The notes beneath the pieces were generated by a model. The model was not told the origin of the DNA and did no database searches. It saw nothing but the letters and a program-made list of their open reading frames with translations. Shown piece after piece: positions 44,777 to 56,956 of a stretch of 64,000 nt of DNA. The DNA lies in the NCBI GenBank assembly GCA_034226945.1, contig CP120454.1:744001-808000 (forward strand), written 5' to 3'. Every line of letters begins with the position of its first letter. The first letter of the stretch is position 1. The position numbers and the translations under genes were made by a program. This DNA is from Picochlorum sp. SENEW3 (taxonomy: Eukaryota).

Positions 44777-46482
44777 TTACGTGGTTGAAGATGGTACCCA
44801 TATACAATGGACAAGACCGGCGGCATTTCCATACGCAAGCCACTGCCCTTTTGCCTGAGAGCAACCAGCTGGTCGTTTGGAAAACTTGAGGCACAATATC
44901 GCCTGCGCTATGTCAGTCATCTCGCCCATCGTCTGCTTCATTGCCTCCTTCCTATCGCCTGCCCTTCCGCTCGAAAGACCCCCGAAAGGCTTCCATTCCA
45001 TCAGATCTCGCGTGCTTTTGATACAGAATGAATTCTTCCCTTCACACCATAACCCAACCAGAGGCATGTGTGGAGTATCCTGTCGACGCTTTGATGCATA
45101 TATATACTTTGAATCATGCATGATACCTACAACGCCATCCTCCCCTGCATACGCTATCGTTTCATTCTTTTCCGACGTCAACACTGATGGCTCCGATGCA
45201 TCAATTGCCCACATTGCCCCTGGAAGGTTCCCTCTCCATGTAATCAAACTAATCGGTCGACCAGACTTTAATTGGCGTTTCATCGCCTCTGGTTCCATCA
45301 AAAATCCTCTCACAGTACCATCTTCCAGAGCCATCATGATTCCCAAAGGATGACACGTCCAACACATGTCTTGGATGGTAAACGACGTCCCTGTCTTTAC
45401 AGAGACGCGTGGGTGGTATTCATGTCTCGAATCCCAAATGTTCAAAACACTTTCATCACCAACTGTTGCAAACGCATATCTCTCTATCCCTTCTCCTTCA
45501 CACGCAGCATCGCGATGGCGCGAGGCCGTGTTGCTACACGATGGAAACCACAAAGCTGCTGACAGCGGCAACACATCGGATGGGAAATATTGAATTACCT
45601 TCATGCTGACTTCCTTCATACCACCCTCCTGTTCATCTATAATCTTTATTATAGACACACATCCATCCTGATACCCAACCAAGAGGAGATCATAGGGCGC
45701 ATGAGGCAGCCAATCCACCGTGCATGGAAGGCTCCCATCCACATGACCAGCTGGCACCTCTGCAATCGGATCCACAGCATACATGGACGGAGCACACTCT
45801 TCACCAATCCTTGTATTCTTCGGAACATCCCATACACAAACCCTTCCATCCCCCAAAACAGCAGCAAGCAACCCTATTCGCCCATCCACCATGCTCTCAA
45901 CCGCTGGACACCAGCACACGGACCATGTCACGCCACCCTCATGCATAATAGCCATCTCCACCTCTGGAGCAGTACGTGTATTTTTAATACTCTCATCCTT
46001 CACCCGCCACACCTGAATCGACGCTTCCCCATGATATGCCCGACCAAACTCATGCACATGCTGTCCTCTGGGATGGCACCCCACAGCCAAACAGGTCATC
46101 TCCTCATCATACGGAGACCAGTCCATTGTCCACACCATCCCACCGCAGTCCATCAAATATGACGGCACCTTATTCTTCTTACATGTGATCATACCACCGT
46201 GAACAGATGCCAAGGGCTCCAGCTCAACTGTCGAACTAGGACCCACCCGAACAGTCTTTATAGTATCCTCCTCCCCATCTGCATGATGATCTATATCTTC
46301 ATCCAATCTATCCCTACAGGCAATTCAAATACAAAATCTGATCACGATGGAAGAGAGGTATCGTTGTTTCTTGTATTCAGTGTCAATTCAAAACACGAAA
46401 CCCACCTCCTCAGCGAAGACACTCGACAGGCCTCCCACGTATCATACCCCCGAGGCAGAAACAAAGAATTCTCAGTACTCAT
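44777..46482 (-). CDS. WD40 protein, TFIIIC subunit 2 (GTF3C2/TFC6)-like; intron 46314-46405
   Basis: GGMVWTMDWSP, HEGGVTWSVCWCP, GLLAAVLGDGRVCVWDVP, and WLAYGNAAGLVHC. Confidence 0.72.
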
Positions 46483-47618
46483 ACTACGTTTGTTTGATAT
46501 ATAGTATTGCATGCTACTAGAGGCAAATCTGGCAGGTACCTTGGTAATATTTGGTACCCTGGGAGATTCCCCAACAAGTTCCGGTCCGAGGTGTGGCCCG
46601 ATGGGGCGCCTGAACGCGGAGCTGCGAGGCTGCACCAGTTCCCTGTTTTCGTCCTGGCATGGATGTATTCAATCGTGATTTTCATGAAAATTATGCTCAG
46701 GTGATATGGCAACGCACCATTATAACAGTAGTCTGTGTATCGTATCATAGCATGAAGGCTGTGCAGCACATATCTCATGCAAGACAGGCTATAAGCATGG
46801 CTGGTGTAGCTCGGGGAGACGGGGCCAGTAAAACTGTTCTTTCAGCTTCATTCTGTGGAATCAAATTTCGTGTCAACGGAAGCATCTAGCAATTTATGCT
46901 TGAGAAGTGATGCATCAGACACTCTCATACTCCTGAAGCACAATCTTGAATGAGTAGCCTGAAGACATCCCCACATTTGTATCGCTGCATGACTTCCTTT
47001 TTGATTAGTGCCCTTGAGTTTGGAATAGCCAAGCGTGCATGGCATATAAAGCATGCTGGTGTGCGTGAATCAATCAATAAGTCGTATCAAATGCACCCTC
47101 AAGGTCTTTGGTAGCTCGCTCCTCAGTCCAAAGCCCAGTTTGCAGCATGATGCTGTGGCGATGAGAGAACTGGCGATTCGTGAGCAATGTTTGGGTGTAT
47201 CTCTACCTAAACCAAACAGAGCCTCAATAACAGCGACGCTCATCCTAGTCCCAGTCACAACTCATATCTCAACGAATACAGAAACCTTGATATGGCTGAC
47301 GAGCTTGCGCACAACTCGCTCATTCCAAACCTCCAAAGCCAAATTCTGGAGAGGCCTTTCGACAGAGTTGGGTGGAAAGCACCTCGTAGGGCAATCCTTG
47401 CCTTCTCACTCAAGTCTGAGGAAACGTTGTAGTAGTACAAGAAAATCGACCAAATCACACTTGAATCCTTAATCGGTCAATACCGCATGCCCGGTCGGGG
47501 AATCCCCTCAGTGGTTGTATGAAGAATGTCCATCCATGGGTATACTCGGGCATCGCAGTCAATCCCCAAAAAAAAGAAATCTTTATATTTTGTCAGGTGC
47601 ACCAAGAAAGGATTCAAA

Positions 47619-48662
47619 ATGACTAGCAATTGCGATAATGGGGCCATTATTGGGGTCAAAATAGGAGCTATTGTGTTTACCCTTGGCATTGGACTCGTTG
47701 GAAGTTTAGGTGCGCTCTTTTTTGGCAAAGAGAACATGGCTTTCAGGTTGGCTGTTGATTTCGCAGCTGGAGAATTCATTGGAGTTTCACTGCTACACCT
47801 TCAGTGGAGCGCGATGAAGAATTTCGAGGAGTATGTCACGCCTAAATACCCGATAGGTAGCATAATATTTGTGGCCACCTATCTATTGGTTCTGTTTTTA
47901 CACCAAGCAAAGCCAAATAGTGACATCAGGTCTAATCACCCGCGGCGAAAAGGGGGGATAAGCACAAGAAATATGCATCGGCATGGTGCAGGAGGGGATG
48001 AGCAGTCATCGCAGACAGGAGAGACCATTCCGGAGACCGGTGTCCTGTCCCCTGCACTGAGTGAAGTTCCTGGAGAAGGTACAGCCTTGGGCGATCAACC
48101 CCAAGCGCGAGGTGACTCGTTTGATCGAATGATTTCTGTGGCAGATACACTTGTTGACCCGTACACCGGTGGATCCATGGTGAAGAACTTTGGGTACCTA
48201 TTCTCAATCATTCTGGCAGTTCACTCCATTTTTGGGGGATTGGTGATTGGTCTCCAGTTGACGCTCCAAGGAGCCATCATAAATTTGTTAGCATTTGGGG
48301 TGCACAAAGGAGTTGCTGCGTATGCCCTAGGACTCGACTTGGCACGTTCCTCTTCAAGAAAAGGGCATCGCATTACGCAATGTGTCATCTTTTCAGTTTC
48401 TACCCCAGTGGGTGTCGCCATAGGTATGGGTGTTGTGGAGACAGCTTCTCCGTCCGCTAGCGGGATAACAGTGGCAGTTTTTGCTGCTGCTGCCGCAGGA
48501 GCCTTTCTTTATATTGCAACGGTTGAGATTCTCCGGACTGCACAAGATCTCCCACTGCAACTTGTTGCGCTGTTTACTTTGCTAGGGGTTGCAGTGATGT
48601 CTGTTATTTTCCCAGTCATAATATTCCCAAACCAGTCCATCAATGAGACCTTTTGTTTCTAA
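47619..48662 (+). CDS. ZIP (ZRT/IRT-like) metal transporter, copy 1
   Basis: 8 TM helices, FAAGEFIGVSLLHL, HSIFGGLVIG, HKGVAAYALG, STPVGVAIG, and AGAFLYIATVEI. Confidence 0.92.
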   Translation: MTSNCDNGAIIGVKIGAIVFTLGIGLVGSLGALFFGKENMAFRLAVDFAAGEFIGVSLLHLQWSAMKNFEEYVTPKYPIGSIIFVATYLLVLFLHQAKPNSDIRSNHPRRKGGISTRNMHRHGAGGDEQSSQTGETIPETGVLSPALSEVPGEGTALGDQPQARGDSFDRMISVADTLVDPYTGGSMVKNFGYLFSIILAVHSIFGGLVIGLQLTLQGAIINLLAFGVHKGVAAYALGLDLARSSSRKGHRITQCVIFSVSTPVGVAIGMGVVETASPSASGITVAVFAAAAAGAFLYIATVEILRTAQDLPLQLVALFTLLGVAVMSVIFPVIIFPNQSINETFCF

Positions 48663-49754
48663 AGCATGAAATCAGAATCATTTGTCACTAGCATTATTGT
48701 CAATTCATAGTCACTGAGCATCTATCTATATGACTGGGATCATCATCATGTAAAGTCTCTGCATATCTACTTTTGCCCTTGCATTCCAACTGCCACCGTC
48801 CCCCAGTTGTAAGCCGGCCAAGGGCGAATGAAGGCCATGGCCTGCTAGAGTTGTGCTCTGTATTTCGTACTTGCGCCCGCGGGGACAAGGGTGACGATGC
48901 ATTCTGTGGCCTTTTTGGCAAATTGGCCAAGCTCGAGATAGAGGGAATAAATGCAGATCTGTTTAAGGGTAATACCCTGCCATTTAGCACACACATGTCG
49001 CCCATAGGGTCTTTCACACTTGGAACATATTAATTTCTTCAAGGTATCAATATTATAAAAGGAGACGAGAAAGATCAGGACGATGGCCTTCTCGTGGACG
49101 GCATCCCCAAATTTGTATCGCTGCATGACTTCCTTTTTGATTAGTGCACTTGAGTTTGGAATAGCCAAGCGTGCGTGGCATATAAAGCATGCTGGTGTAC
49201 GTGAATCAATCAAGAAATCGTATCAAATGCACCCTCAAGGTCTTTGGTAGCTCGCTCCTCAGTCCAAAGCCCAGTTTGCAGCATGATGCTGTGGCGATGA
49301 GAGAACTGGCGATTCGTGAGCAATGTTTGCGTGTATCTCTACCTAAACCAAACAGAGCCTCAATAACAGCGACGCTTATGCTACTCCCAGTCACAACTCA
49401 TATCTCAACGAATACAGAAACCTTGATATGGCTGACGAGCTTGCGCACAACTCGCTCATTCCAAACCTCCAAAGCCAAATTCTGGAGAGGCCTTTCGACA
49501 GAGTTGGGTGGAAAGCACCTCGTAGGGCAATCCTTGCCTTCTCACTCAAGTCTGAGGAAACGTTGTAGTAGTACAAGAAAATCGACCAAATCACACTTGA
49601 ATCCTTAATCGGTCAATACCGCATGCCCGGTCGGGGAATCCCCTCAGTGGTTGTATGAAGAATGTCCATCCACGGGTATACTCGGGCATCGCAGTCAATC
49701 CCCAAAAAAAAGAAATCTTTATATTTTGTCAGGTGCACCAAGAAAGGATTCAAA

Positions 49755-50798
49755 ATGACTAGCAATTGCGATAATGGGGCCATTATTGGGGTCAAAATAG
49801 GAGCTATTGTGTTTACCCTTGGCATTGGACTCGTTGGAAGTTTAGGTGCGCTCTTTTTTGGCAAAGAGAACATGGCTTTCAGGTTGGCTGTTGATTTCGC
49901 AGCTGGAGAATTCATTGGAGTTTCACTGCTACACCTTCAGTGGAGCGCGATGAAGAATTTCGAGGAGTATGTCACGCCTAAATACCCGATAGGTAGCATA
50001 ATATTTGTGGCCACCTATCTATTGGTTCTGTTTTTACACCAAGCAAAGCCAAATAGTGACATCAGGTCTAATCACCCGCGGCGAAAAAGGGGGATAAGCA
50101 CAAGAAATATGCATCGGCATGGTGCAGGAGGGGATGAGAAGTCATCGCAGACAGGAGAGACCATTCCGGAGACCGGTGTCCTGTCCCCTGCACTGAGTGA
50201 AGTTCCTGGAGAAGGTACAGCCTTGGGCGATCAACCCCAAGCGCGAGGTGACTCGTTTGATCGAATGATTTCTGTGGCAGATACACTTGTTGACCCGTAC
50301 ACCGGTGGATCCATGGTGAAGAACTTTGGGTACCTATTCTCAATCATTCTGGCAGTTCACTCCATTTTTGGGGGATTGGTGATTGGTCTCCAGTTGACGC
50401 TCCAAGGAGCCATCATAAATTTGTTAGCATTTGGGGTGCACAAAGGAGTTGCTGCGTATGCCCTAGGACTCGACTTGGCACGTTCCTCTTCAAGAAAAGG
50501 GCATCGCATTACGCAATGTGTCATCTTTTCAGTTTCTACCCCAGTGGGTGTCGCCATAGGTATGGGTGTTGTGGAGACAGCTTCTCCGTCCGCTAGCGGG
50601 ATAACAGTGGCAGTTTTTGCTGCTGCTGCCGCAGGAGCCTTTCTTTATATTGCAACGGTTGAGATTCTCCGGACTGCACAAGATCTCCCACTGCAACTTG
50701 TTGCGCTGTTTACTTTGCTAGGGGTTGCAGTGATGTCTGTTATTTTCCCAGTCATAATATTCCCAAACCAGTCCATCAATGAGACCTTTTGTTTCTAA
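49755..50798 (+). CDS. ZIP metal transporter, copy 2
   Basis: Identical to copy 1 except G>R and Q>K in the TM3-TM4 loop. Confidence 0.92.
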   Translation: MTSNCDNGAIIGVKIGAIVFTLGIGLVGSLGALFFGKENMAFRLAVDFAAGEFIGVSLLHLQWSAMKNFEEYVTPKYPIGSIIFVATYLLVLFLHQAKPNSDIRSNHPRRKRGISTRNMHRHGAGGDEKSSQTGETIPETGVLSPALSEVPGEGTALGDQPQARGDSFDRMISVADTLVDPYTGGSMVKNFGYLFSIILAVHSIFGGLVIGLQLTLQGAIINLLAFGVHKGVAAYALGLDLARSSSRKGHRITQCVIFSVSTPVGVAIGMGVVETASPSASGITVAVFAAAAAGAFLYIATVEILRTAQDLPLQLVALFTLLGVAVMSVIFPVIIFPNQSINETFCF

Positions 50799-51210
50799 AG
50801 CATGAAATCAGAATCATTTGTCACTAGCATTATTGTCAATTCATAGTCACTGAGCATCTATGACTGGGATATCCCATGTAAAGTCTCTGCATATCTACTT
50901 TTGCCCTTGCATTCCTACTGCCACCGTCCCCCAGTTGTAAGCCGGCCAAGGGGGAATGAAGGCCATGGCCTGCTAGAGTTGTGCTCTGTATTTCGTACTT
51001 GCGCCCGCGGGGACAAGGGTGACGATGCATTCTGTGGCCTTTTTGGCAAATTGGCCAAGCTCGAGATAGAGGGAATAAATGCAGATCTGTTTAAGGGTAA
51101 TACCCTGCCATTTAGCACACACATGTCGCCCATAGGGTCTTTCACACTTGGAACATATTAATTTCTTCAAGGTATCAATATTATAAAAGGAGACGAGAAA
51201 GATCAGGACG

Positions 51211-52018
51211 ATGGCCTTCTCGTGGACGGCATGCCATGCTGCCTTGAGACCTCAAAGAGCAGCAGTACACGTCTATGCCGAGTCCAAATCTGACAGAAAA
51301 AGCACTGGACTATTACGATCAGGTTTGTTTCTTTGCTAATATATACAAACGCAATTCAAGAACAATGTCTAGTATTGTGACGAGTACCATGCAGCTTTGA
51401 AAGGATCCCCCAAGGGCTCAAATTTGACAGCCATATCCTTGGCGAATCGACTAAAGGACCTCGGTATTACACAGGAACCAGAAATCAGGAGAATTGTGGA
51501 CATTATGACAAATCCAAACTCTCTCTATGGCACTAAAAGTGGTCGGCAACCAGTCAATCCATATGTATGTGGTTGAATTTAAACACACCTTTCATCATCA
51601 TTGATTAATCCATTGACGTCTGTATGAAATACTAATCCACGACACAACAATGATTCATTCTTTTTTTAAATAAAAGTTTCATTCATGTGTGCAGGCTAGG
51701 AATGTGAGTGTGAATGAAGTAGACCAGGTTGTTGGATACTTGACAGAAGAGGTTGGGTTTTCAAACACGAGTGTGCAGCAACTTGTGCAATCCTTCCCAC
51801 AGATTCTGTGCTATTCAGTCGATGAGAGGCTCCGCCTCCTGGTAGACTATCTGGTCGAGTCTGTTGGTATTCCTCAGGATGATGTTCGAGCAATTCTTCT
51901 GAAACGACCCAATCTTTTTGGTCTTCAAAAGGGGCAGTTGGAGCAAATGTTGGGATTCCTGCTGAACAATGGAACACCAATGGAAGATATTATAGCCATG
52001 CTGGAGACAAGCCTGTAA
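51211..52018 (+). CDS. mTERF-domain organellar protein; introns 51323-51394 and 51565-51694
   Basis: Transit-like MAFSWTACHAALRPQRAAVHVYA, FPQILCYSVDERLRLLVDYL, and ILLKRPNLFG. Confidence 0.78.
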
Positions 52019-52290
52019 GGATATCCGTAGTAGTAGTAGTCATAGTGGCGTCAATCCTTTGCATCTCAATGCAATAACTTCAACGACAGTGCCATGATGG
52101 TCATCGTCGTTGCCATGCTTCATTAAGCATGATGTATAAACCATAGATAGTATTGCAAGTAGATCCTGCCACCTATTGTCAAATTGTTAAAAGAAGATCA
52201 GTGAATATACACTGGTTTTACCGGTCGCGTGACCACGGCGTGGTACTTTTTTTTTTTCGATTGGAGACTATGTTTCGTGATTTTTAAGCA

Positions 52291-55200
52291 ATGGCATCAT
52301 TATCTTACATCTTTTATACTTTCATTTTACTCTTTTATACCATAGTACTAGGTCAGAATGCTGCTGGGCAGGTGACAGAGACACCTCAGGGGACGTGTCT
52401 CGTCTCTTTTACTGTTGACGAGGCCCAGTCAGATATTGCCCTCTCGAGCAATGTGGTCAGGCCTCTTCCGATCACATTTGAGATGTCAAATGCTGCATAT
52501 GTAGCGCAAGGGATGCGCGGTAGTCTGGTGGCCGAGATACCAGGGCAGTGCCCCCAGTCGGGGGAGGAGTTGGCTGGGGCTGTGTCAACGGCCATGTTGA
52601 GCACCGGGGATGGAGGTTCTCTGGAGTATTATCCATCAAACGTCACGGTACGATTGTTGATTTGATGATAGGCAATGGTGTTTCGTTAAAAAAAAGATGA
52701 TGATGATGATGTATGATGTGTAGTTTGTGGCAACAAATTTTGGGACAGAGACACAGCTGATTGATTTTGGGTTTGAAGCGTCTGTGGATGTATCCAAGAT
52801 GGTGATGAATGCCATAGTGTCTAGTGGGTATGCTTTTAGTAAAAGTATTCTCGTTCCAGAGGGAGAAGATTTGACTGCTGTTGGACTGACAAGTGTGAGT
52901 ACCAGTCCTGTAGAGGTGTCATACAGTGGGAATGAAGTGGTTGTGAATATTACCCGGTTTAACATCACGCTCGATGCTCCGTATGAATCGGAAATTCGTC
53001 CGGATATTGATGGATTGAATGTCTACAAGTTTTTGGGCCATGTGGTTCTTCGAGGGGTTGCTGGATGTGATACGTCTACATGTTTGCCGAATGGGCGTTG
53101 TAATGCGGACGAGGCTGGAGAGGCTGTGTGTGAGTGTGGGTGTGGATGGTCGGGTCCGAGCTGCGCTGTGCCAAGTGGTTTTTGTTCCGAATTTGGGGGT
53201 ATTACTCTATCTGGGGCTAGTAGCTGTCCAGCACAGGACACAAATGTACCATCACCACCAGCAGCAGCTGAGAGCAGTACAGATGCATGTAATTCGCAGT
53301 TTGAAATAGAAGATGAAGAGACTGGTGAATGTGTATGTAAAGAAGGGTGGGAGGGCCCGAGGTGCGAAGCGTGTAAGACTGATGGTGCATGCTCTGCATT
53401 GTTTGACGCTGAGGCCGAGTGTGGCACGTCCATTGTCTATTCTGCGGATACGGTATTAAAATCGTATACATGTTCTTTGGAAGATACTGGACTAGAAGAT
53501 ACGATTGTTCCGGGGACGTTTTATGTGACATGCAATACAACGTCTCCAGGGGAGGATGGAAAACTGTTTGATGGAAGTTACTGCAAGGTGAATTTTGCCA
53601 TGTTGGAGTATCCTGACAATCCCATCACATGCCAAGCGTCTCTCTGCGCATTCAAAGTGAATGAATCTGCTGTGAATTGTGAGACAACGTCGTGTTCGTG
53701 TGAGAGGGATTGTCCAGATTTGGATGGGATATTTGCCAATATTCAGGGCAGACCAGCCTTGGTTGACTGTGATGAGAACAACATGTGTACCTTTGATATT
53801 GAAAATTTTTTCATCAAGTTGATTGCTCCGTGCGAAACGCGTGAATGTCGTGTGGCAGGATACAAACTGTTGGAAGGAGAATTTACGATTAGTCGGAGTG
53901 AGTGGTTGGATCCATTTTTGGCTGCGTTGCCCCTGCTTGTCTTGGTGTCACTCAATGTCTTGCTGTTGGTGTTTTTGATACGACATCGGTCTCTATATTT
54001 TCCCAAATGCGGTGTCGAAGATACTGCACCGAATCCTAATCTTGGCTGTGCTGGAGTATCGTGTGGTGAAGAGGGAGTTTTAAGTTTTCAGGCATTGCAT
54101 GTTGAGCTTGGATCAAGAACGCTTCTGCACAATGTGACTGGTGATGCTCAGGTTGGTCGGGTGACGGGAATCATGGGACCATCAGGCTCTGGTAAAACGA
54201 CATTGATTTCATGTCTATCTCAGAGACAAGTATCGGCGAACATATCCACGTCTGGGTCAGTCTCATTGGACCAGGTCCCTCTGAATGCCGCTCATGCAAG
54301 AATGATTGCATATTGTCCCCAAGATTCCTTCCTATTGCCTACATTGACAGTGTACGAAACAGTTTTGTACTCTGCAATCCTGAGATTACCAGCAAATACA
54401 ACAACAGAGGAATGCCATAGAGTTACGCAGCAGACAATAGCGCGAGTAGGTCTCAACAATGTCAAGGAATCTTATGTGGGTGGATCAGAGCGTGTCAGAG
54501 GCATCTCCGGGGGTGAGAGGAAGCGTGTGTTAGTCGCTATGGAAATTGTCACGAACCCTCGCATCATTCTTTTAGACGAACCAACAAGTGGGCTGGATTC
54601 ATCGTCAGCAAAAATACTTACATTGACGTTGAAATCACTGGCATCATCTGGTTGCATTGTCATGATGTCCTTGCATCAGCCATCGCCCGCCATATTCCAT
54701 CTTTTAGACAACCTGTTTCTGCTCGCAGAAGGGCATTGCATTTATAATGGGCCACCAGGGAAAGTAGAACAGTACCTTGAGGGTCTCGGTCTCGTTCGAC
54801 CAGAGGGAGAAGGCATTGCCGAGTACATGTTGGAATGTGCATCCAACCCTGACGCTGCAAGCAAAATGCGGTCATCCCCTGGTATGAAACGATGCTCGGA
54901 TGACATTGAAAAGAACTCGGATATTGTGGAAAAGCAACCGGATCAACTTTCCGGAAAGATGCATGCCGCTTCGCCATCTCTTGCCACAGAGCTTGCAACA
55001 CTTACATGGAGAAACAGTCTAGACCTCGTCAGAAATCCATCCCTACTCATATTACACTGGCTGCTGTCACTAGGAATGGGTATATTTGCAGGATGTGTAT
55101 TTTTCCAAGTGGGTTTAGATACATCAGGAGCTCAGGACAGAGCTGGAGGCCTCATCTTTGCCCTCGCGTTTTTTGCCTTCACATCCTTGACAACAGTAGA

Positions 55201-55858
55201 CTTGGTGTTCCATGAAAAGAGAATTGTCAATCGAGAGGTCCACAGTGGATACTACAGGCGATGGACGTATGTTCTATCCAAGCTGTTGATTGATGGATTA
55301 TATCTCCGCTTCCTACCAATTCTCCTCTTTTCAGCACCATTTTATCCCATGATGGGCCTCCAGTCTGGCTCCTACAATGTGGCTCTCTACCTCATGACGC
55401 TTGGCACATTTGCCGTGACAGTCGGAGCCCTCTCGTTGGCCATTACATTTTTCAGTAGCTCATCAGGACAAGCTAGTTTCATCATGAACATCATTCTGCT
55501 CGTCTCCTTACTCAACTCTGGCTTCTTTGTCAATGTAGAAGACATGCCTGCATGGGTCAGCTGGCTCCGCTACATCTCAGTCTTCTTCTACAGCTATTCT
55601 GTTCTCATAACAAACGAAGTCCTCTCTCTTCTTTTCAACTTTGTCGTGGAAGGATACACAGCAGTTGAGAACGTCCGTGGCGTAACATTCCTGCAGATTC
55701 TAGGCATAGATCCATTCAGCTCTACACACTTTATCATCATTCTAGATTGCATGTATGTCCTGTTTGTACTCTTGGCACTTGTATGCAGCTACATTTCTGC
55801 CTCCACTGTATGTTCTTGGATCATTAGGCGCTCTAAAAAACGCCATAGCATGCAATAA
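52291..55858 (+). CDS. ABCG half-transporter with an N-terminal lumenal EGF/Cys-rich region (ADP1-like); intron 52648-52723
   Basis: Signal peptide, EGF motifs, GPSGSGKT, ISGGERKR, LDEPTSGLD, LHQP, and a C-terminal TMD. Confidence 0.93.
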
Positions 55859-56337
55859 TAGTTCTCTCCTGATGAGGAAGAAGGGGCAATTGAGATCACC
55901 TGCCCCAACATGAATTCTTCCTGATTTGTGGATTTGTGGGTGGGGGGTCAGTGTCATCCGGTTTTGATCCCCACTGTTCTCATCACATATCGCACACAAT
56001 GCGCATAGATCTCATCAAAGTATATTTTAATTGATATATTCCATTAAGAAAATCACGCAGGTATGCTTTCGATGGGTTTCCGAAACCCAATGTCGTCCTG
56101 ATAAGGGATTCTTTCCATCTTCTCCATCCATGCGCAATGGCTCTGTCGTATTCATGATTTTGCTATAAAATGATATTATTCAAGTAATTATTCTATTACA
56201 TGGTAGGATTATTGCTGCGGCTGACGTGGGTTTGTTTTCCTTGTGTTCGTAGGATACTAGGAGTGGCCATTTCCCATCTTTCTTCGATTGGAACGCACCC
56301 AAATAATTTATATTGCTTATATCTAGTAGTATTGTTG

Positions 56338-56904
56338 ATGGCACCTGTCGCGTCGACGCTCTGGACTGGCGTGAGTGGTGCCCTGTCCCAAGCACGAGGT
56401 ATAGAGTCGACCAGTCGTCGGCCAATCGCTCGTCTTACAAAGCCTTCTGCCATATCCTTGTCTCAAACCTATCTGTGTGGGTCAGATATCGCAGGATCGC
56501 ATGATGACGTTGGCCGAAAGCATGAGGAGCACACTGTCCGGGTTGAAGGGGCATCGTGTCAGTGGCCAAGAGCGTGTGAGTGGCCGATGCGTGACGATCG
56601 ATCAGTATCAGAGACTGCCAAGAATGTATTAGAGAGCGCTGCTGCGGCTGCGTCGATGGCTGGTGCTACAGAGTGGAGTAGAGAGGCTCCTGTCTATGTG
56701 CCAAATCATATTGACACTGATTTGCCTCCTGATATTGAACTGTTGGCATTGTTTTCGGATAGTCCCATAGCATGGAGGCCTCATGAGACATCTGATGATG
56801 AGGCTTCTTCTGATGAAGAGGAACCTAATGCTCTCGGAAGACTGGGAAACGCTGTGATGAAGTGGTGGAGAAGGACATGGCGATACCAAGGCCTGGGTCT
56901 GTAG
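56338..56904 (+). CDS. Hypothetical protein
   Basis: ATG at 56338, transit-like N-terminus, acidic patch. No family recognised. Confidence 0.5.
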   Translation: MAPVASTLWTGVSGALSQARGIESTSRRPIARLTKPSAISLSQTYLCGSDIAGSHDDVGRKHEEHTVRVEGASCQWPRACEWPMRDDRSVSETAKNVLESAAAAASMAGATEWSREAPVYVPNHIDTDLPPDIELLALFSDSPIAWRPHETSDDEASSDEEEPNALGRLGNAVMKWWRRTWRYQGLGL

Positions 56905-56956
56905 TACTTGAACATTGTGTACATGTGTTATATATAGAGCGAATGAAATAAATTAG

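Larger units (their letters stand above)
46966..51232. repeat. Head-to-tail tandem duplication of about 2.13 kb (46966-49104 and 49102-51232)
   Basis: Near-identical copies with offset 2136, falling to 2128 after small indels near 48720/50860. CAT is shared at the junction and both ends. Confidence 0.95.

Noticed and set aside
46966..51232. Long direct repeats as LTRs of a retroelement
   Set aside because: The units abut directly, carry a host transporter, and show no RT, integrase, TIR or TSD
51565..51694. 130-nt mTERF intron as a snoRNA host
   Set aside because: It has a short ATCATTG/CAATGAT stem but no CTGA D box or recognisable guide
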